From: the human T2T-CHM13v2.0 reference genome, Homo sapiens
DNA: 64,000 nt
Strand: one strand, 5' to 3'
Assembly (NCBI RefSeq): GCF_009914755.1
Contig: NC_060933.1
Made by a program: the position numbers and the translations under genes. Below are positions 41,068-55,960 of this stretch, one piece after another. Below the pieces are notes generated by a model. That model had not been told where the DNA came from, did not search any database, and saw only the letters and a program-made list of their open reading frames with translations. Within the stretch, counting starts at the first letter, position 1. Every line of letters begins with the position of its first letter.

Positions 41068-42289
41068 GTCTAAACAAATGGCTGCGTAAGACACTCCCAA
41101 CTTTGAAAATTGCTCAATACATAGCCAGTAAGACTACCCCTTCTTCCACGATACCTCTTCTTCCTCTGCATTCCCCTGCTCCACTGCTCCTCCTCACAGG
41201 TAACATTCAGGGAGCACCTCCAGGACGTAGCTCGCTGAAGCCTTATAATTACCCTACAGGGCAGGTGCAGGTGAGGAGAGGAGGGACATAGAAGTTGAGA
41301 ACTTGGCAGCAGTCCCTCAGCTGGGAAGCAGTGAAGCTGGAATGAAGTGCGAAGAAATCATCACAAAGTGAGGAGCAGAAAAGCACATGGAAGAACAAGG
41401 CAAGTGCACGAGCACCTGAGAACATGGATATTATACACACATGTAAGTCCCTTGATTGGCAGCGGGACTGGGAAGTGTAGGGTCACAAAGCCTGTCTCCC
41501 CAGCCAGCTGTCTGTCCTCTTCTTCCAAACGAAGTCATGTAAAGCAGGAACCCCCAATCACACAGCCCTAGGTGGCTCTGTGCCTGGGGCCATTGGCCCT
41601 TCCAGACAACTAGTACTGCAAGAATGCAAAGGCAGAGGACACAAGCCTGCCTTCCAGGGGCATATAATCTAGTTGGGTAGATAATGAAAATACACCATGT
41701 GACTCAGCCCTGACAGTCAATAAACAGGCTAAGAATTCAGGGTAATCCAAGAAGGCTTTGCAGAGGAGAGGGGATTGAAGCCAAGCGTGGAAGGAGGGTA
41801 GGAAGGTGGAAGGTGTTCCAGGCGGAGGGAGCTCCTTCAGCTAAGGTTTGCAGGTGGAAAAGAGCAGGGCAGGAGACCAGCATTGGGGGCTGTGTGAGGT
41901 GAGTCCTGGTGACCGAGGGTCCCAGGCAGCACATGGGGCTTTGTGAATAGGGCTGGGGCTCCCTGCCTCAGGTGCCGGTCCTGCCCCCTACACTCTGGCT
42001 TATTCATCATCCCACCCTCCAGGTTCTCACCAGGTGGACAAAACACAGCATGATTTCTGCTCCTCAACAGCCATCAACGTTCTAACTGGGGATCCCAGTT
42101 AGGGAAGACAGCTGTGTAAGGCAGAAGCTCAGAAGAGGAGATTTAGGATCGAGATCAAGTTGATTCCCTTGGGAAGACATCCCCACATGAACCCCAGGCT
42201 GCCAACCCCCAACAGTTGAGTCCCTATTGCAGTTCTAGTTTGCTGAGTGGGAGACATTTGTTCCCCAAGATATATGGTGATTTATGTCA

Positions 42290-42490
<201 letters not shown>

Positions 42491-43045
42491 TCAAACTGCA
42501 AGTCCTCAGAGTCCTGGATCCCTATCCTACCTGCCTTTCACTCTGATCTCTCCTAAGTGTCAGTTCTCACTCCCTCCCACTCTTAAGGGGAGAGCTCCTG
42601 TCCCAGCATTCCCAGAAAATACCTGGAGTTCCCTTTGCATGGGTCACACACCCACCCCTCTGCCACTGGTCTCTCAGGCCAGGATGACCACATGCCTGAT
42701 CTCTCAACCTCAGCCACATCCTCCCCACAGGATCTGGAATTGGTGTGGGTTCACCAGAAACCCCTGGAGATCCTGCCCCAGCTGTTGCAAAAAGGCATAA
42801 AGAATGGATGAGAAGATACTGGGAAGCAACCATCAATTGTTCACTAGACACCACCTCTAGGTGTGCAGATCTTGCCCAGGTTTTAAGAAGAAAGTATTGT
42901 AGGGTTTGGTTTGTTTTCCAAACACTTGTCATGGGTGACAATTTTCAGGAGCAGTTTTGCTTTCACAATCCAGTTTCCCCTCCAATTATTCACAGCATAG
43001 TAAACCACATTAAACATAAATGTCACAGAATAGAAACATCTATGG

Positions 43046-43245
43046 CAGGGTTTCTAGTCCTTGACACTATGGACATCTTCAGTGAGATAATTCTTTGTCA
43101 TGGGGGCTGCCCTGTACAGGATGCTTAGTAACATCCCTGGCCTCTACCCACTACACACCAGTAGCAATCTGTGACAATCAAAAATGTCTCCAGATTTTGC
43201 CAAGTGTCCCCTGGGGGAAAAAACTGCTCCCAGTTAAGAACCACA
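43046..43245. mobile_element. MER20
   Basis: GATAATTCTTTG...ACATCCCTGGCCTCTACCCACTA...TGTGACAA.CAAAAATGTCTCCAGA. Confidence 0.82.
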
Positions 43246-43459
43246 CCCTCTTTGGGAGGCAGCCATGGCCACCCACTCAAGTTCAGGAAGAAAATACTGC
43301 CTGGGGTCAGGAGGCATTCTTGAGGGCCAGCCAGGCCTGGGCTGGAATTAGCAGCTATGCCATCCTGGGCTGGCAGGTTCACTTCTTCTCACCTGCAGCT
43401 TGGGGACAGTGAAGTACCTACCCCACTTGGTTGTAAAAAAATCATGCCGGACCACATAT

Positions 43460-43758
43460 AGGCAGGTACACATGACAACATTTTGGTCAATGGTTGGCGT
43501 ATACAATGGTGGTCCCATGAGAATTCTATTTTTACTGTCCCTCTTCTATGTTTAGATACACAAATACTGACACTGTATTCCAATTGCCTACAAATATTCA
43601 GTCCAATCACATGCTGGACAGGTTTGTAGCCTAGATGTATAGTAGGCCATACTATCTAGGTTTGCGCAAACACCACTCTGTAATGTTTGTACAACCATGA
43701 AATTACATAAAGATGCATTTCTCAGAATGTGTACCCATCGTTAAGCAACACATAACTG
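43460..43758. mobile_element. Tigger3a/MER7A-like MITE
   Basis: GGTGGTCCCAT.AGA...TTTTACTGT.CCT.TTCTATGTTTAGATACACAAATACT...GCATTTCTCAGAA.GT..CCC.TCGTTAAGC.AC.CAT.ACTG. Confidence 0.82.
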
Positions 43759-44074
43759 TATATACGTAGCCCTCACTAAAAAAGGTAGTTATCAATACCG
43801 TTTGCTATTTCCTGACACTGCAATAAAAATTGATATACTTTTTAGTCTGTGTGTTTTAGGAGAATGTTATTTGCAGGGGTAGTGGGGAACGTTTGTTTGT
43901 TTGTTCTTTTTCTTTCAAAACGGAAGCCCTGCTTTGGAAGAGCAACAAAGAAAACTGCTGCTGTTTCTGTGGTTAGACCTCCTTGAGTTTTCCCTCTTTA
44001 AACACAGCCACTCCTTGTCCTTTAGAAAGGAATGCAAGGAGAAACAAAAGTCAATCAACCTGCTGGTTGGCTGA

Positions 44075-44370
44075 AGGCTTCGGCGAGGCTGCGTAGTGAC
44101 AGAGCTGGGTGGCCGCCCAGAGCCCGCCTGCAGCCCGCAGCCGGCCCAGCTCAGGTTCAGACACGCGCGCTGGCCGGGCAGCTGCGCGGCAGGCCCCGCA
44201 CTCCCAGTCTGCGATAAACAGCTCAGGCCGTGTCTCTCCCTGTGTGGTCCCAGGCTGCAGGGGTCCCGGGGCTGCCTGCCTACATGTTTCTCATGCTAGA
44301 GAAGGGCATTCAGGATTGCAAATCTGCCATAAATAACCAACCCCTCGTCCAGATAAAGCCTATGTTCGCT
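44075..44370. promoter_or_regulatory. Small CpG-island-like candidate enhancer/promoter
   Basis: Dense CpGs at 44080-44215 (ACACGCGCGCTGGCCGGGCAGCTGCGCGGC), with GATAAACA and AGATAA motifs nearby and no repeat similarity recognised. Function is inferred only. Confidence 0.4.
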
Positions 44371-44845
44371 CCAAAATGTTGAAGTTTGCTTTGCTTCCCT
44401 CTCCCCTCCATCCTCTCTTTTTTAAAAAAAATTATGTTCAGTGTCAGTCTACACAAGAGGATTGAAAATACCCAGTGGCAGTCATCAGGAACTTTGGAGT
44501 TTCCCAACATGACATGGAAATCTGGGAAACCGTACGGGGCGACCACACTCTAATTTTATGACCCCAACTTTATTGCCAGCACAGAGGCAATAAAGAGAAA
44601 TAATAAATGAAACAGCATGCTGGAGTTCAGGAGGCAGCACCCCCAACCGAAGCTGCGTGGGGCGAGGCACAGAGCCTGTCTGTGCAGCAGCTTTCTCTTT
44701 CCAGGGAAGGGAGTGCCAACGTTCCCTCAAACACAGATTCCAGGTGGCTTCATAGAAAGATATGGCGAAGGCGGCGTTTGCGGTGAGCCTGAGCACAAGT
44801 TAGCTGCATCAATGCCAAGCATCACAGATGGGAAGGCAAACAAAA

Positions 44846-44953
44846 GGGTTAGGGTTGGGCTTGGGGTGAGATTGGGGGCAGGGCTCGGTTAGGATTAGGG
44901 TTGGCATTAGGGTTGGGGTGAGGAGTAGGGTAGGGTTAGGGTTGAGATTAAGG
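44846..44953 (+). repeat. Degenerate telomere-like (TTAGGG) G-rich tract
   Basis: Four exact TTAGGG (44849, 44895, 44907, 44936) among TTGGGG/TAGGG/TTAGGA variants. Confidence 0.75.
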
Positions 44954-46826
44954 TGGATTCTCAACTGGGTGACCCAGCACACTAAAATATTAAAGCAGCT
45001 GAAAATAAAAGTAAATTGTTTGGCTTATGTGTTAATCCACAATGCAATCACTCTAAGTAAATTCAGTGTTAAATTCTTGATTATTAGCATATTTTTATGT
45101 AAGAATTTGTTCCACTACATTTTTACATTAAAAAGAAAAGATTCCTATATCCTCATCAAAAATTTTTTGGAAGAGCATTTTGTAAATTAAATTCTCATCT
45201 CTGGCACTTGTTTTTCTCGTTTGAGAAACTATATGAATCACAAAAAGTTTAACAAACATGAAAGTCTCAGTACATCGGAACTATTGGCAATGAACGGATA
45301 TTTCTGTTTTTCAGATTCCAGAATTTTTTTTTAACTAAGATACGCTGCCTACATTAAAACTAATATGTCTACATATTCATAAAAACAATGTGTAATCACA
45401 CCGAAGAAATGGGAAGCCCACGTTATTGGTTTTAAATTCTTTTAATCCCATAAAATTGTCATGGTGTTGACTCTTAGTGACTATTAAATAAATTATTCCA
45501 ACATGGAATCAGGAAACAACAGAAAATTGAGATAAAAATAATAGAAAGACGTGCACACACCTATGTATCTATGAATATTTTAGAAAAGCTGATATAATAG
45601 ACATAACTGAAGTATGCTCCAGAAAATATTTAGCAATAAATTGTAAAGTGTGTCCAACTAAATGTAAAAGGACCAACATGTAGTGAGTGAATTCCTGAAG
45701 GTGGAAATCTACATCCCCATTGTTGGTCTCAGCTGTTGGCACTGACTTCTTCTGGGAGGTGCTGTGAGTGCACTGCACTGGCCACAGAACTCGGGGGTCT
45801 GCTGAGGTCCCTCCCGTGGCTGTTAACTCGTTCCCATCATCTCTGATTCATGGTTGGCCATCCTGCCTTTGTCCTCAGGCTCCTCACCTTTGGAAATGAG
45901 GATAAGATCCCATGGCCAGTTTAAGACTCAGTGATAAAACATAAATGAAATCAAAGGAGCCCAATTCACATACCACTCGGAACAGCCACACAGAATCCTC
46001 ATAAGAAGTTGTCCTGGAGCAAGATAGCTCCATCCCCACTGTCGTTTTGCCAAAGAGGTTTTTCTCCTTTGTTTTGGGGTTTTCCTTAAACTCGTTTATG
46101 AAATCATTTTGTGACAAACACAAAAGGAGCCAAGCCAGAAGTCGCCCTGCCCACACAGAGGCTTGGCCCCAACACAGCTTTTTGTTCTCACACACTTTCA
46201 CTCTGAAGGAAGAGGATGAATTTTTATTTCTTGTATTTGGAAATGCTGCCCATATTTCTGTCTCAGAATGGAATCAGGCCTCAAAATCGAGGTGACACAG
46301 AAGCCAGAGCCAGTTAGAGTCTTGCAGCAGCTCTGGACTTGGTATAATGCTGGTTTTGGTCTGTGGCCTTGGGCCTCCAACGGCAGCTGAGAGTCTTTTA
46401 AACACTCTGAGCTGTGTTTTCATCAGAGTCCCTGAGGAAGTGATCCGTGGAGAACGTTTTTATGAGGGCTCCTGTCCCCCAACTAGCCTGTGGCCATGGG
46501 GTTGATAGGGTTCTCCTCTGGGTCACTGGTTCACAGCACCATGTCAGCCTTGGCTGAAGAACTGGGCCTTCTGCAGACAGACCCCCAAACTCTGAGGTAT
46601 GGGGGTCAATAAGGAGAGCTGGGGGTCGTCCAGGCCATTCTATTCCTATGTAGCCATTATTTCTATTCCTCAGGCATCCTTGCATTTCATCACAGAGGTG
46701 AAATGCAGGCCACAGAATCTCCTCACCTCTTGATTTGCTACTCCTTCCCTACTCCCGAATGTCTGTTTAGGACCCTTATGGGACCAAAGATAGATCCTCC
46801 CTGGGGTCATCTAAAATATACCACCA

Positions 46827-47207
<381 letters not shown>

Positions 47208-47414
47208 CTACCATTTTAGGTCTCACTGGCTAACCAAATCTCTGCCTCCACCACACTCTGGGTTTGCAGATAATTGGTAGGAGATTGTCTTTCTTTGATG
47301 TTGAATCTAACAAAGGATCACTCTCTCCAGGCTCCCTCAAGGAGATCTTCTCCCTCAAAGATGGGTTGAAAAAGAGAGGCAGGTACCTGCAGCAAATAGA
47401 ACCTTGTTCCAGAT

Positions 47415-47905
47415 AACTATTGCTTCTTAACAAACTACTTCAAAACTTAGTGGATTAAAACAACCACCACATTATGTTATCTCATGATTTTATGGGTGGG
47501 ACTTTATTGCCAGGAATTTGGGCAAGGCTCAGCAGAGCGATTCTTCTGTTTCATGTGGCAGCCATGAAGGTCACTCAGTGGTATTCAACTGGCAGATGAC
47601 TTCACCCACACGTCCAGCACCTTGGCAGGGGTGGTTGGAAGGCTGGACTCAACTGGGACTGTTGATCAGAGTGCCCATGTGGCCTCCCTGGCACCACTGA
47701 CTCAGGAAAGCTGAACAGGGGCCCAAGGGTACCTGGCAGCTCAGGGCTCCAAAGGTGCATGCTCCAGCCTTGCTTCATATGATCCAACCTCAGAAGTCAT
47801 GTGTCATCACTCCAACACACTCCATTGGCCAAAACAGTCACAGCCCTTCCCAGATTCAAGAAATGGGAACATGGATCCCATCTCCCCACGTAAGGCATGT
47901 AAAAA
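47415..47905 (-). mobile_element. Old MLT1 (H-like) solo LTR
   Basis: TATTGCT...TAACAAACTAC..CAAAACTTAGTGG.TTAAAACAAC...CAGGAATTTGGGCA.GGCTCAGC...CCATTGG.CAAA.CAGTCAC. Confidence 0.7.
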
Positions 47906-48179
47906 ACTTTATGAGGTCTCGTCTGCTAGTTGCAAGAGCTGCTACCTCAGAATCCTGGTTTTTCTAATCTCAGTGGCTGAAGAGTCCAGTGCTACCTACC
48001 TATTTTCCCACCTTACAGAACTCCTTGTGAAAGTGCCCCTGCCTCCCACCCAACCATTACCCATACCTGCAGGCATGTGCCACCAGCGACTTATACCAGG
48101 CTCTTCTTCAGAAACATGATTTGACAAAACTTGTTCAAGCTCCTCAAGACACATGTTAACGAAATGAGTCTTCTTAAGT

Positions 48180-48687
48180 CCCTGGGTTGAAAACTTCAAT
48201 GACTTCCCACCACACACAGAATAAAATCCAAACTCCTTACTGCAAACTCTAACAATCTGTTAGCCTGCCCTTGTCTGCCTCTTTAAGCCTTCATTTCTAG
48301 TTTCTTTCCCCACTTGTCCTCTCCAGCCACACTGGCCTTCCTCTCTCCAACTCACCAAGCTGTTCTCACCTCAGGGCCTTTGCACATCCTGTTAATTCTG
48401 CCAAAAATGTCTGTCCCTTCTTCTTCACTTGGCCATGTGCTTTGAATCTTTCAGGTATATCCCAAATGTCATGAACTCAGGCCTCTCCCCACCATCCATT
48501 TTACTTTTTATAACATTACTCTGGTCTACTGACTTCATGCAGGCATCTAACATTATCCCATGAATTAATGTTAATCTACATGAGAGTACTTTGTCTGTAT
48601 TCCTTGAACTCTGTTCTGTTCCTGGCACATGGCAAATACTCAACTGATACTGAATGAGTGAATGAATGAAAGAATAAGTGAATGAAT
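48180..48687 (+). mobile_element. L2 3' end
   Basis: AGAATAAAATCCAAACTCCTT..CAGCCACACTGGCCTTC..CCTCAGGGCCTTTGCAC...terminal TGAATGAATGAA. Confidence 0.8.
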
Positions 48688-49074
48688 TCCCCTGGCTGAC
48701 TTCTCAACCTCACTGGCAGGACTTCTCTCTTTTTGGCTCAAAGTGATATATCACACTACTGGATCAGAGCCCTCCACCCACCAAAATCACTTGGAGGGAG
48801 TTACAGTCAATCTATCTCATGCTTCCAGCTGTGCCTGGGCTCAGACACATGGGAGACTGGGTAATGCCTTTCCATGTGTACCCCAGGAACAAAATGCAAA
48901 TGCAGGCCCAGGAAAAGTCTGGATGTCACATAGTGCTCCAAGGTAATTCTGCACCTTAAGCCAATAGCATACCTGGTCTTCACTGAGCATCCATGCACCA
49001 AATTTGTAAATAAATCTTCATTTGCCAAGAAGGTCAGTTAAGACTGCTTAACCTTAACAAGAGACAGTAGAGCC

Positions 49075-49285
49075 AGATAGCCAGTGTTCATACCCTGCAC
49101 TTCACACTTACTCCAACTGGGATGCTTACCTAACCCTTGTGTTTCTCAGTTTCCTCAGCTACCAAATGGTGTTGGCAACAACAATAACAATACCTGACTC
49201 ATGAGATTGTTACAAGAATCAAAATATATGTAAAGGACTTAGAACACCACATGGCACCTAGTAAGCAATCAGTAAGTATCAATTG
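49075..49285 (+). mobile_element. MIR
   Basis: CTCAGTTTCCTCA.CT...AAATGG...CTTAGAACA...TGGCAC.TAGTAAGC. Confidence 0.7.
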
Positions 49286-50475
49286 ATTATTCACCTAATT
49301 TTCAAAGCCTTTTACAAGCCTGTCCCCACCTACCCTGATAAAAACAAAAACCTTCTCTCCTTTATTCAGTTTACCTGACCCTCTTCCCAAGCTAGACTCA
49401 TCTTCTCACTCTGAGAATCCAGTGTGGGTTTCAACAGCCGTGCATTTGCCCGTGCTGGGAATCTGCCTCTGCATGGTTAACCTGATTCCTGTGGCCACAG
49501 GAATCACACATAGCCAAATCCCAACTTTCCTCCCTGAATCAGCTCAAACCCCAACTTCTTCAAGCTACAAAAAGTTCTTTTCTTCCTCCAAAGCCCTCTA
49601 TATAATAGCATAAGATATATAATTCATTGATCAATTAATCCTATGGTACCTATGGTTTCCAGTTATTTAAATCCTTTATATATTTGTCAGTTCGTTTTTC
49701 GTATGTAGAGAGATCCCATCTCCTCAGCTAGACAAAGTCTCCTGGAGAACATCACTACTGGACGTGCTAGAGAATAGGCCCTTGAAATATTAACCTTGAA
49801 TTGCCATGATTGCTACCTGGAATTTGTCCAGTACATTTTAGACACAACTGGACAAATAGCCTTAATAAAGTTTAAGCTGTATTAAGGCACTCAAGTCCAA
49901 TTAGAAGATAGTGTTTTAAATAGTAGTTTTCCTGTTGACAGCACCACAGATCTCATCAGTCTCTCTTTAAACAGCCAGGCTACCAGCATGCATCCTCAGT
50001 GTAGATAGGGAAAGAATGGATCATATCCACAGTCAATATCTTGACTCTAGGACTTGTACTTACCTGGTTTTAAAAATTAAAGCTAAAAGGACTCATGATT
50101 GTGTGAAGCAGAGTCCACACCACCCAACAGTCTGACTCTATAGAGAGAAATAATGACAAGCCCCAAGCAGAGAGTTCAACAGCTGAACTGCCAGCCAACA
50201 ACTCAAGAAAGAAGTGTCAACTTAGGGACTGAATGATGGACCACAGCCATGCCCAACTGCCCTGCTGAGAAAGAACCAAGAGAGCTTGTGGATAAAGAGG
50301 ATTAATCAGTAACAGGAGTGTCTTGAGGCTAAATGTGGCTGGTGGAACTGGGGCAACTGCTTCCATGTATAACCTCTTTTGCTTTGAGTCTTTTTTTTTC
50401 AGATATGTTTTTTAAAATTTAGAACTGCAGCTAAACTCAGCACCATCTTCCTTTGAGCAGTCACTTGTCCAGTTT

Positions 50476-50894
50476 CTTCGTCTGTTTTGTGTTGCTATAA
50501 CAGAATCCCCGAGACTGGGTAATTTATGAAGAAAAGAGGTTTATTTGGCTCATGATTCTAGTGGCTGGAAAGTTTAAGATTGGTCAGCTGCATCTGGTGA
50601 GGACCTCAGGCTGCTTCCACTCAGGGCAAAAAAAGGGAGGGGAGCAAGTGTGTGCAAAGAGATCACAAGGTAAGAGAGGCAGCAAGAAAGGGAAGCCGAG
50701 GAAGTCAGACTTTTTTTAACCTAATCCATTCACAAGAGCAGGAACTCACTCACTCCTGAGGGAGAGCATTAATGTATTCATGAGGGATCCACCCTCATGA
50801 CCCAAATACCTCTCATTAACCCCCACCTCCCAACGCTGCCACACTGAGATCAAATTTCAATGTGAATTTTCGTGGGGACAAACCAAACCACAGC
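50476..50894 (-). mobile_element. MSTB-like solo LTR (ERVL-MaLR)
   Basis: GTTGCTATAACAGAAT.CC.GAGACTGGGTAATTTAT.AAGAAAAGAGGTTTATTTGGCTCA...TTCATGAGGGATCCACCC.CATGACCCAAA. Confidence 0.88.
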
Positions 50895-51759
50895 AATTTA
50901 TTCCTAAGACACTCCTGGAAGGTCCCTAGGGGTTTGCTTTTATAGTCTTACTCTTCTCAGAAGAGGTCTATGGTCAGAATCCTGCTCTGTGGACCACAGG
51001 TATGCTGGGAATCCCACGGTGTAAACACCTTGCAGACTAGAATTCATCCAAAACTTTTCGAATACCTATAGGGAATTAGGACAGTCTTCTGTTCTCATAT
51101 TTAAATATTTCCTGGAGCACATCCACCTGGAAAGGCCAAATAGCCTAGACTTCTACTTTTGCCAGACTGCAATGGGATGACCAACCTTTATGCCAGGGTG
51201 GTGTCAGAGCAGGTGGAGTGGGGAGCCAGGACCTTAAATCCACTGTGCAGTGACCAGCATCTCCCACATACACACACACACCCCCAAAGTGTTAGTAGAG
51301 ACCATGTAGGGAGCCCAGACTCCCATCCCCACCCAGCAGTAATGAGGCACCTCTCCCCTCCCCACTGGAGTGGCATCAGAGGAGGCCAAGTGGAGTGTCT
51401 AGATTTTCACTTCCATTCAACAATAAAAGGGCCACATCCCCCACAGTGTCAGAGGAGGCCATGAGGGAGCAGTAACAAGACAACCCTCCCTATCCCAGCC
51501 AGGGTGGTCTCCACAAAAGGGGAAGTGATATTCTGATTAGGCCAGCAGGATCAGTTTCTCAATGTGAGCCTGTCCCAGTATCTTACAAGACCTCATTCAT
51601 GTGACTAGAACAGCTCTAAACTGTAGCCACAACTGCAAACATAATGCCAACCGTAACCTGAATTTTCAGACCTGTCCACTTTGGGGGGGCAACTGTCAGA
51701 GGCTCACTTTCCTATGTCCCTAGCTGAGTCCTCTATTTACCAAATCCAAAATCAATGCC

Positions 51760-52220
51760 CACCAATTCCTATGGAGTTGGGATTTTGTTTTAAGCACGAT
51801 GGGAAAACAACGGAGTGGTTTAAGTGGGGTCATTAAATTTGATTTCTGTGTTTTACGCTTATCTCTTTTAGAGTTCTGAGGGTCACAGATCTTCGGAAAC
51901 GGCAAGAGTGACCACAAGGAGCTCAGCAAAGGTCATGGTCAGGTGGTAGGCAAAGGTGGCTTGGACAAGGGCAACAGCAGTAGAAACCATGAAAAATGAC
52001 CAAATTTAACACACATTTTTAGGGTAGAGCCAGAAGGACTTGCTGTTGGATTGGACATGGAGTGTGAGAGAAGATGAGGAACTGGTGTTTCCAGTCAAAG
52101 CACTGAATGGGGAAATCATTAACTGGGCTGGGAAAGGCCGAGGTAGGAGTGGGTTTGGAGGTAAGGAAGGAATTATGTTTTAGACACCACAAGTCTGAGA
52201 TGCCTATTAGACATCCATAC
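51760..52220 (-). mobile_element. L2 fragment
   Basis: GGTAGAGCCA.AAGGACTTGCTG.TGGATTGGA..TG..GTGTGAG...TGAGATGCCTATTAGACATCCA. Confidence 0.7.
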
Positions 52221-52279
52221 TTTACAGAGAAAATAAATAACATCATCGGTTGGGCACTCCCTCATCTTCTGCTGTCTAA

Positions 52280-52721
<442 letters not shown>

Positions 52722-53242
52722 TCTCTTCTCTGTTTTTGGAACGTGATGCTCTCCTGGTTTTACTCTAACCCCCAGCCATCCTTCCAGACCCATTTTGTTG
52801 GCTTCTCCTTCCTCTACCAGACCTCTAAGCCTTGGGAAGCTTGAAGACTCACTCATGCTCCAACCTAGTGATATCATCCAGTTTTATGATTCTACATTCC
52901 ACTTACACCCTAATGCCTCTTAAATTTTTTTCTCTATCACCACTTCTCTCCTGAACTCCAGACTTATCTAGCCTGCTGCCTATTTGACATCTCTCCTCAG
53001 ATGACTTGGGAAAGAAGAAGGGAATGGAAGAAGTTTGAGGCAAGAAGCAATGTGTGAAATAGTCCGACGACTACAACAAGAGCAAGCATCATGGGATTGC
53101 TAGGCGTTGTGCCATTTGATGTTTGAAGTGAAGCCAGTCATTTCTGCTTAGCAATTTTCAATTTTCTCCAGCTGCTCAGGAATAGGAACAAAAAAGGCAG
53201 ACAACTGGGTCCAATCAAGCTTGGGGTCTTCAAGTAGAGTAC

Positions 53243-53975
<733 letters not shown>

Positions 53976-54735
53976 TGCAGGACAGAGGACAGCCAGGAAG
54001 GGGCACAGAGGTTTTCTTGAAGGGAATGATAATACACATGACCATGACATCTAACTGGAGAATGAGTTAGGGGAAGCCTTTGACAGGCAAAGTGTAGGGT
54101 TTAGTGGGTTACAGCCTTTGATGAGATTGAGGAATCTTAGCAGCCAGGAGACTAGAACAACAGGGAGTGCTTGTCAGAGAATGGAATGCTTGAAAATGAG
54201 ATTTGGATAAAATGACTTCTGTGAATGATGAGACTCAGTGTGTGACCACGGAAGTGGATGGTTGCAGTGGAGGGGAAAAAGGGTCCTTAGTGCTACAATG
54301 TCAAGGACAAATAGCCAAGGAGGTGGATGGGTGCTCTACTTGGATATTGAACTCCCTGTGATTGAGGACATGAGTGGGGGTGAAGAGGGAGGTCAGGCGC
54401 TGAAGTCTGTAACCAAGAGGAACCAAGAAGCCAGGCCCAGGAGTCACCATGAGGCTGGCCGGTGCATGGCTAGATAGCTTGGTTTTTGGCCAGGAGAGGG
54501 ATAGAGACGGTCTAGAAACAGAAATCAGGGATAGGGAGGCCACTCAGCTCCACTGTCAGTCACAAGGGCCTCCACTCCAGCCAGCAGGAGGCTCAGTGCT
54601 CAGGGGTAGGCCAGGTCCCACAAATGCCACACTCAACAAGGACGTGAGGAGTGGATTGAGGGTTTGGGGAAATTGGTGTATCACAGACTGCAAGCCTCGC
54701 AGAGACTGGGGGAGGGCTGGGAAAAGAAGTCAGAG

Positions 54736-55034
54736 AGCTGGACGCAGTGGCTCATGCCTGTAATCCCAGCACTTTGGGAGGCCGAGGCATGAGGATTGCC
54801 TGAGTCCAGGAGTTCAAGACCAGCCTGGGCAACATGGCGAAACCCATCTCTACTAAAAATACAAAAATTAGCCTGGTGTAGTGGCGGGTGCCTGTAGTCC
54901 CAGCTGCTCAGGAGGCTGAGGTGGGAGAATCACCTGAGCCTGACAGGTCGAGCTTACAGTGAACAAAGATAGTACCACTGCCTTGCCATAGCCTGGGCAA
55001 CAGAGTGAGAGTCTGTCACAAATTAAAGAAAAAA
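54736..55034 (+). mobile_element. AluJ
   Basis: Divergent full dimer. Confidence 0.93.
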
Positions 55035-55724
55035 GTGGGGTGGGGGGACGCAGAGGAGCCACAAGGGGCTGGGCCAGGCCAGGAAGCCTGAGGGTGACTG
55101 CAGAGGCTGCCGTGCAAGAGCTAGACAGAAACCGGAGGCAGCCAGAATTTGCCCCGACAAATTCTGGAGCTGGAAAGAAGAGAAAATCAAACCTGCAGCC
55201 CGGAATACCTTCCTCTGAGGAAGTCTGCTTTCTCCCAAGGCCACACGGGAAGCATCGCGGTGACCGCCAGCCTCTCTCCAGAATGCAGGCAGAGCTCCTA
55301 AGGGGAACCTACTCCCTAGCCTAGTTTTCTCTTCTCCCAAAATATCTGTCCCTCTCTTCAGATGAGGAAGCCCAGGGCTTTGGGCTCCTCTGTCTTCCTC
55401 CTGCTGAGAGGCTCTGCTCAGGAGACTAGTGGGCTCGGGGCTTGCCTTTGACTTCAGAGGGAGCCGAGTGGAACGTGGCTGCTTCTATCCAGCTGTGGCC
55501 AGCTTGCTCCAAAAACAGCCAGAAGCAAACATCACACCACGGGAGGCCTGATTTCATTCCTAAGATGCTCCTTTCTTATCTGTATGAGAGATCACATCCC
55601 TTCTACTACTGTGATGTTGGCCATATTTCCTAGGAAATAATAAGCTTGGCATCATTTTGCTAAGGACACATCCATGGCCTCCCTGCCCTGGGTTACATCA
55701 CAAAGTGTCCTCATCAGAACTGTC

Positions 55725-55960
55725 CTCATTCATTCATTCGTCCAACAATACTTAATGGGCACCTGCTACATGCCAGGCCTTGTCCTAAGTGCTGGGGAGA
55801 TGCAGTGAACAAAATGGAGAAAAAAAACAAAAACAGACAAAAAACCTCCACCCTGGTGGAGCTTATACTCTAATGAAGGAAGGTGGCAAGTACTTTTAAA
55901 ATAATAACAAAACAAAGTAAGGAGGACAACAGCATGTTAGCAGGTGACAAGTGCTAAGGA
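55725..55960 (-). mobile_element. L2 3' end
   Basis: CATTCATTCATTC..CAACAA.TA.TT..TG.GCACCT.CTA..TGCCAGGC. Confidence 0.75.
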
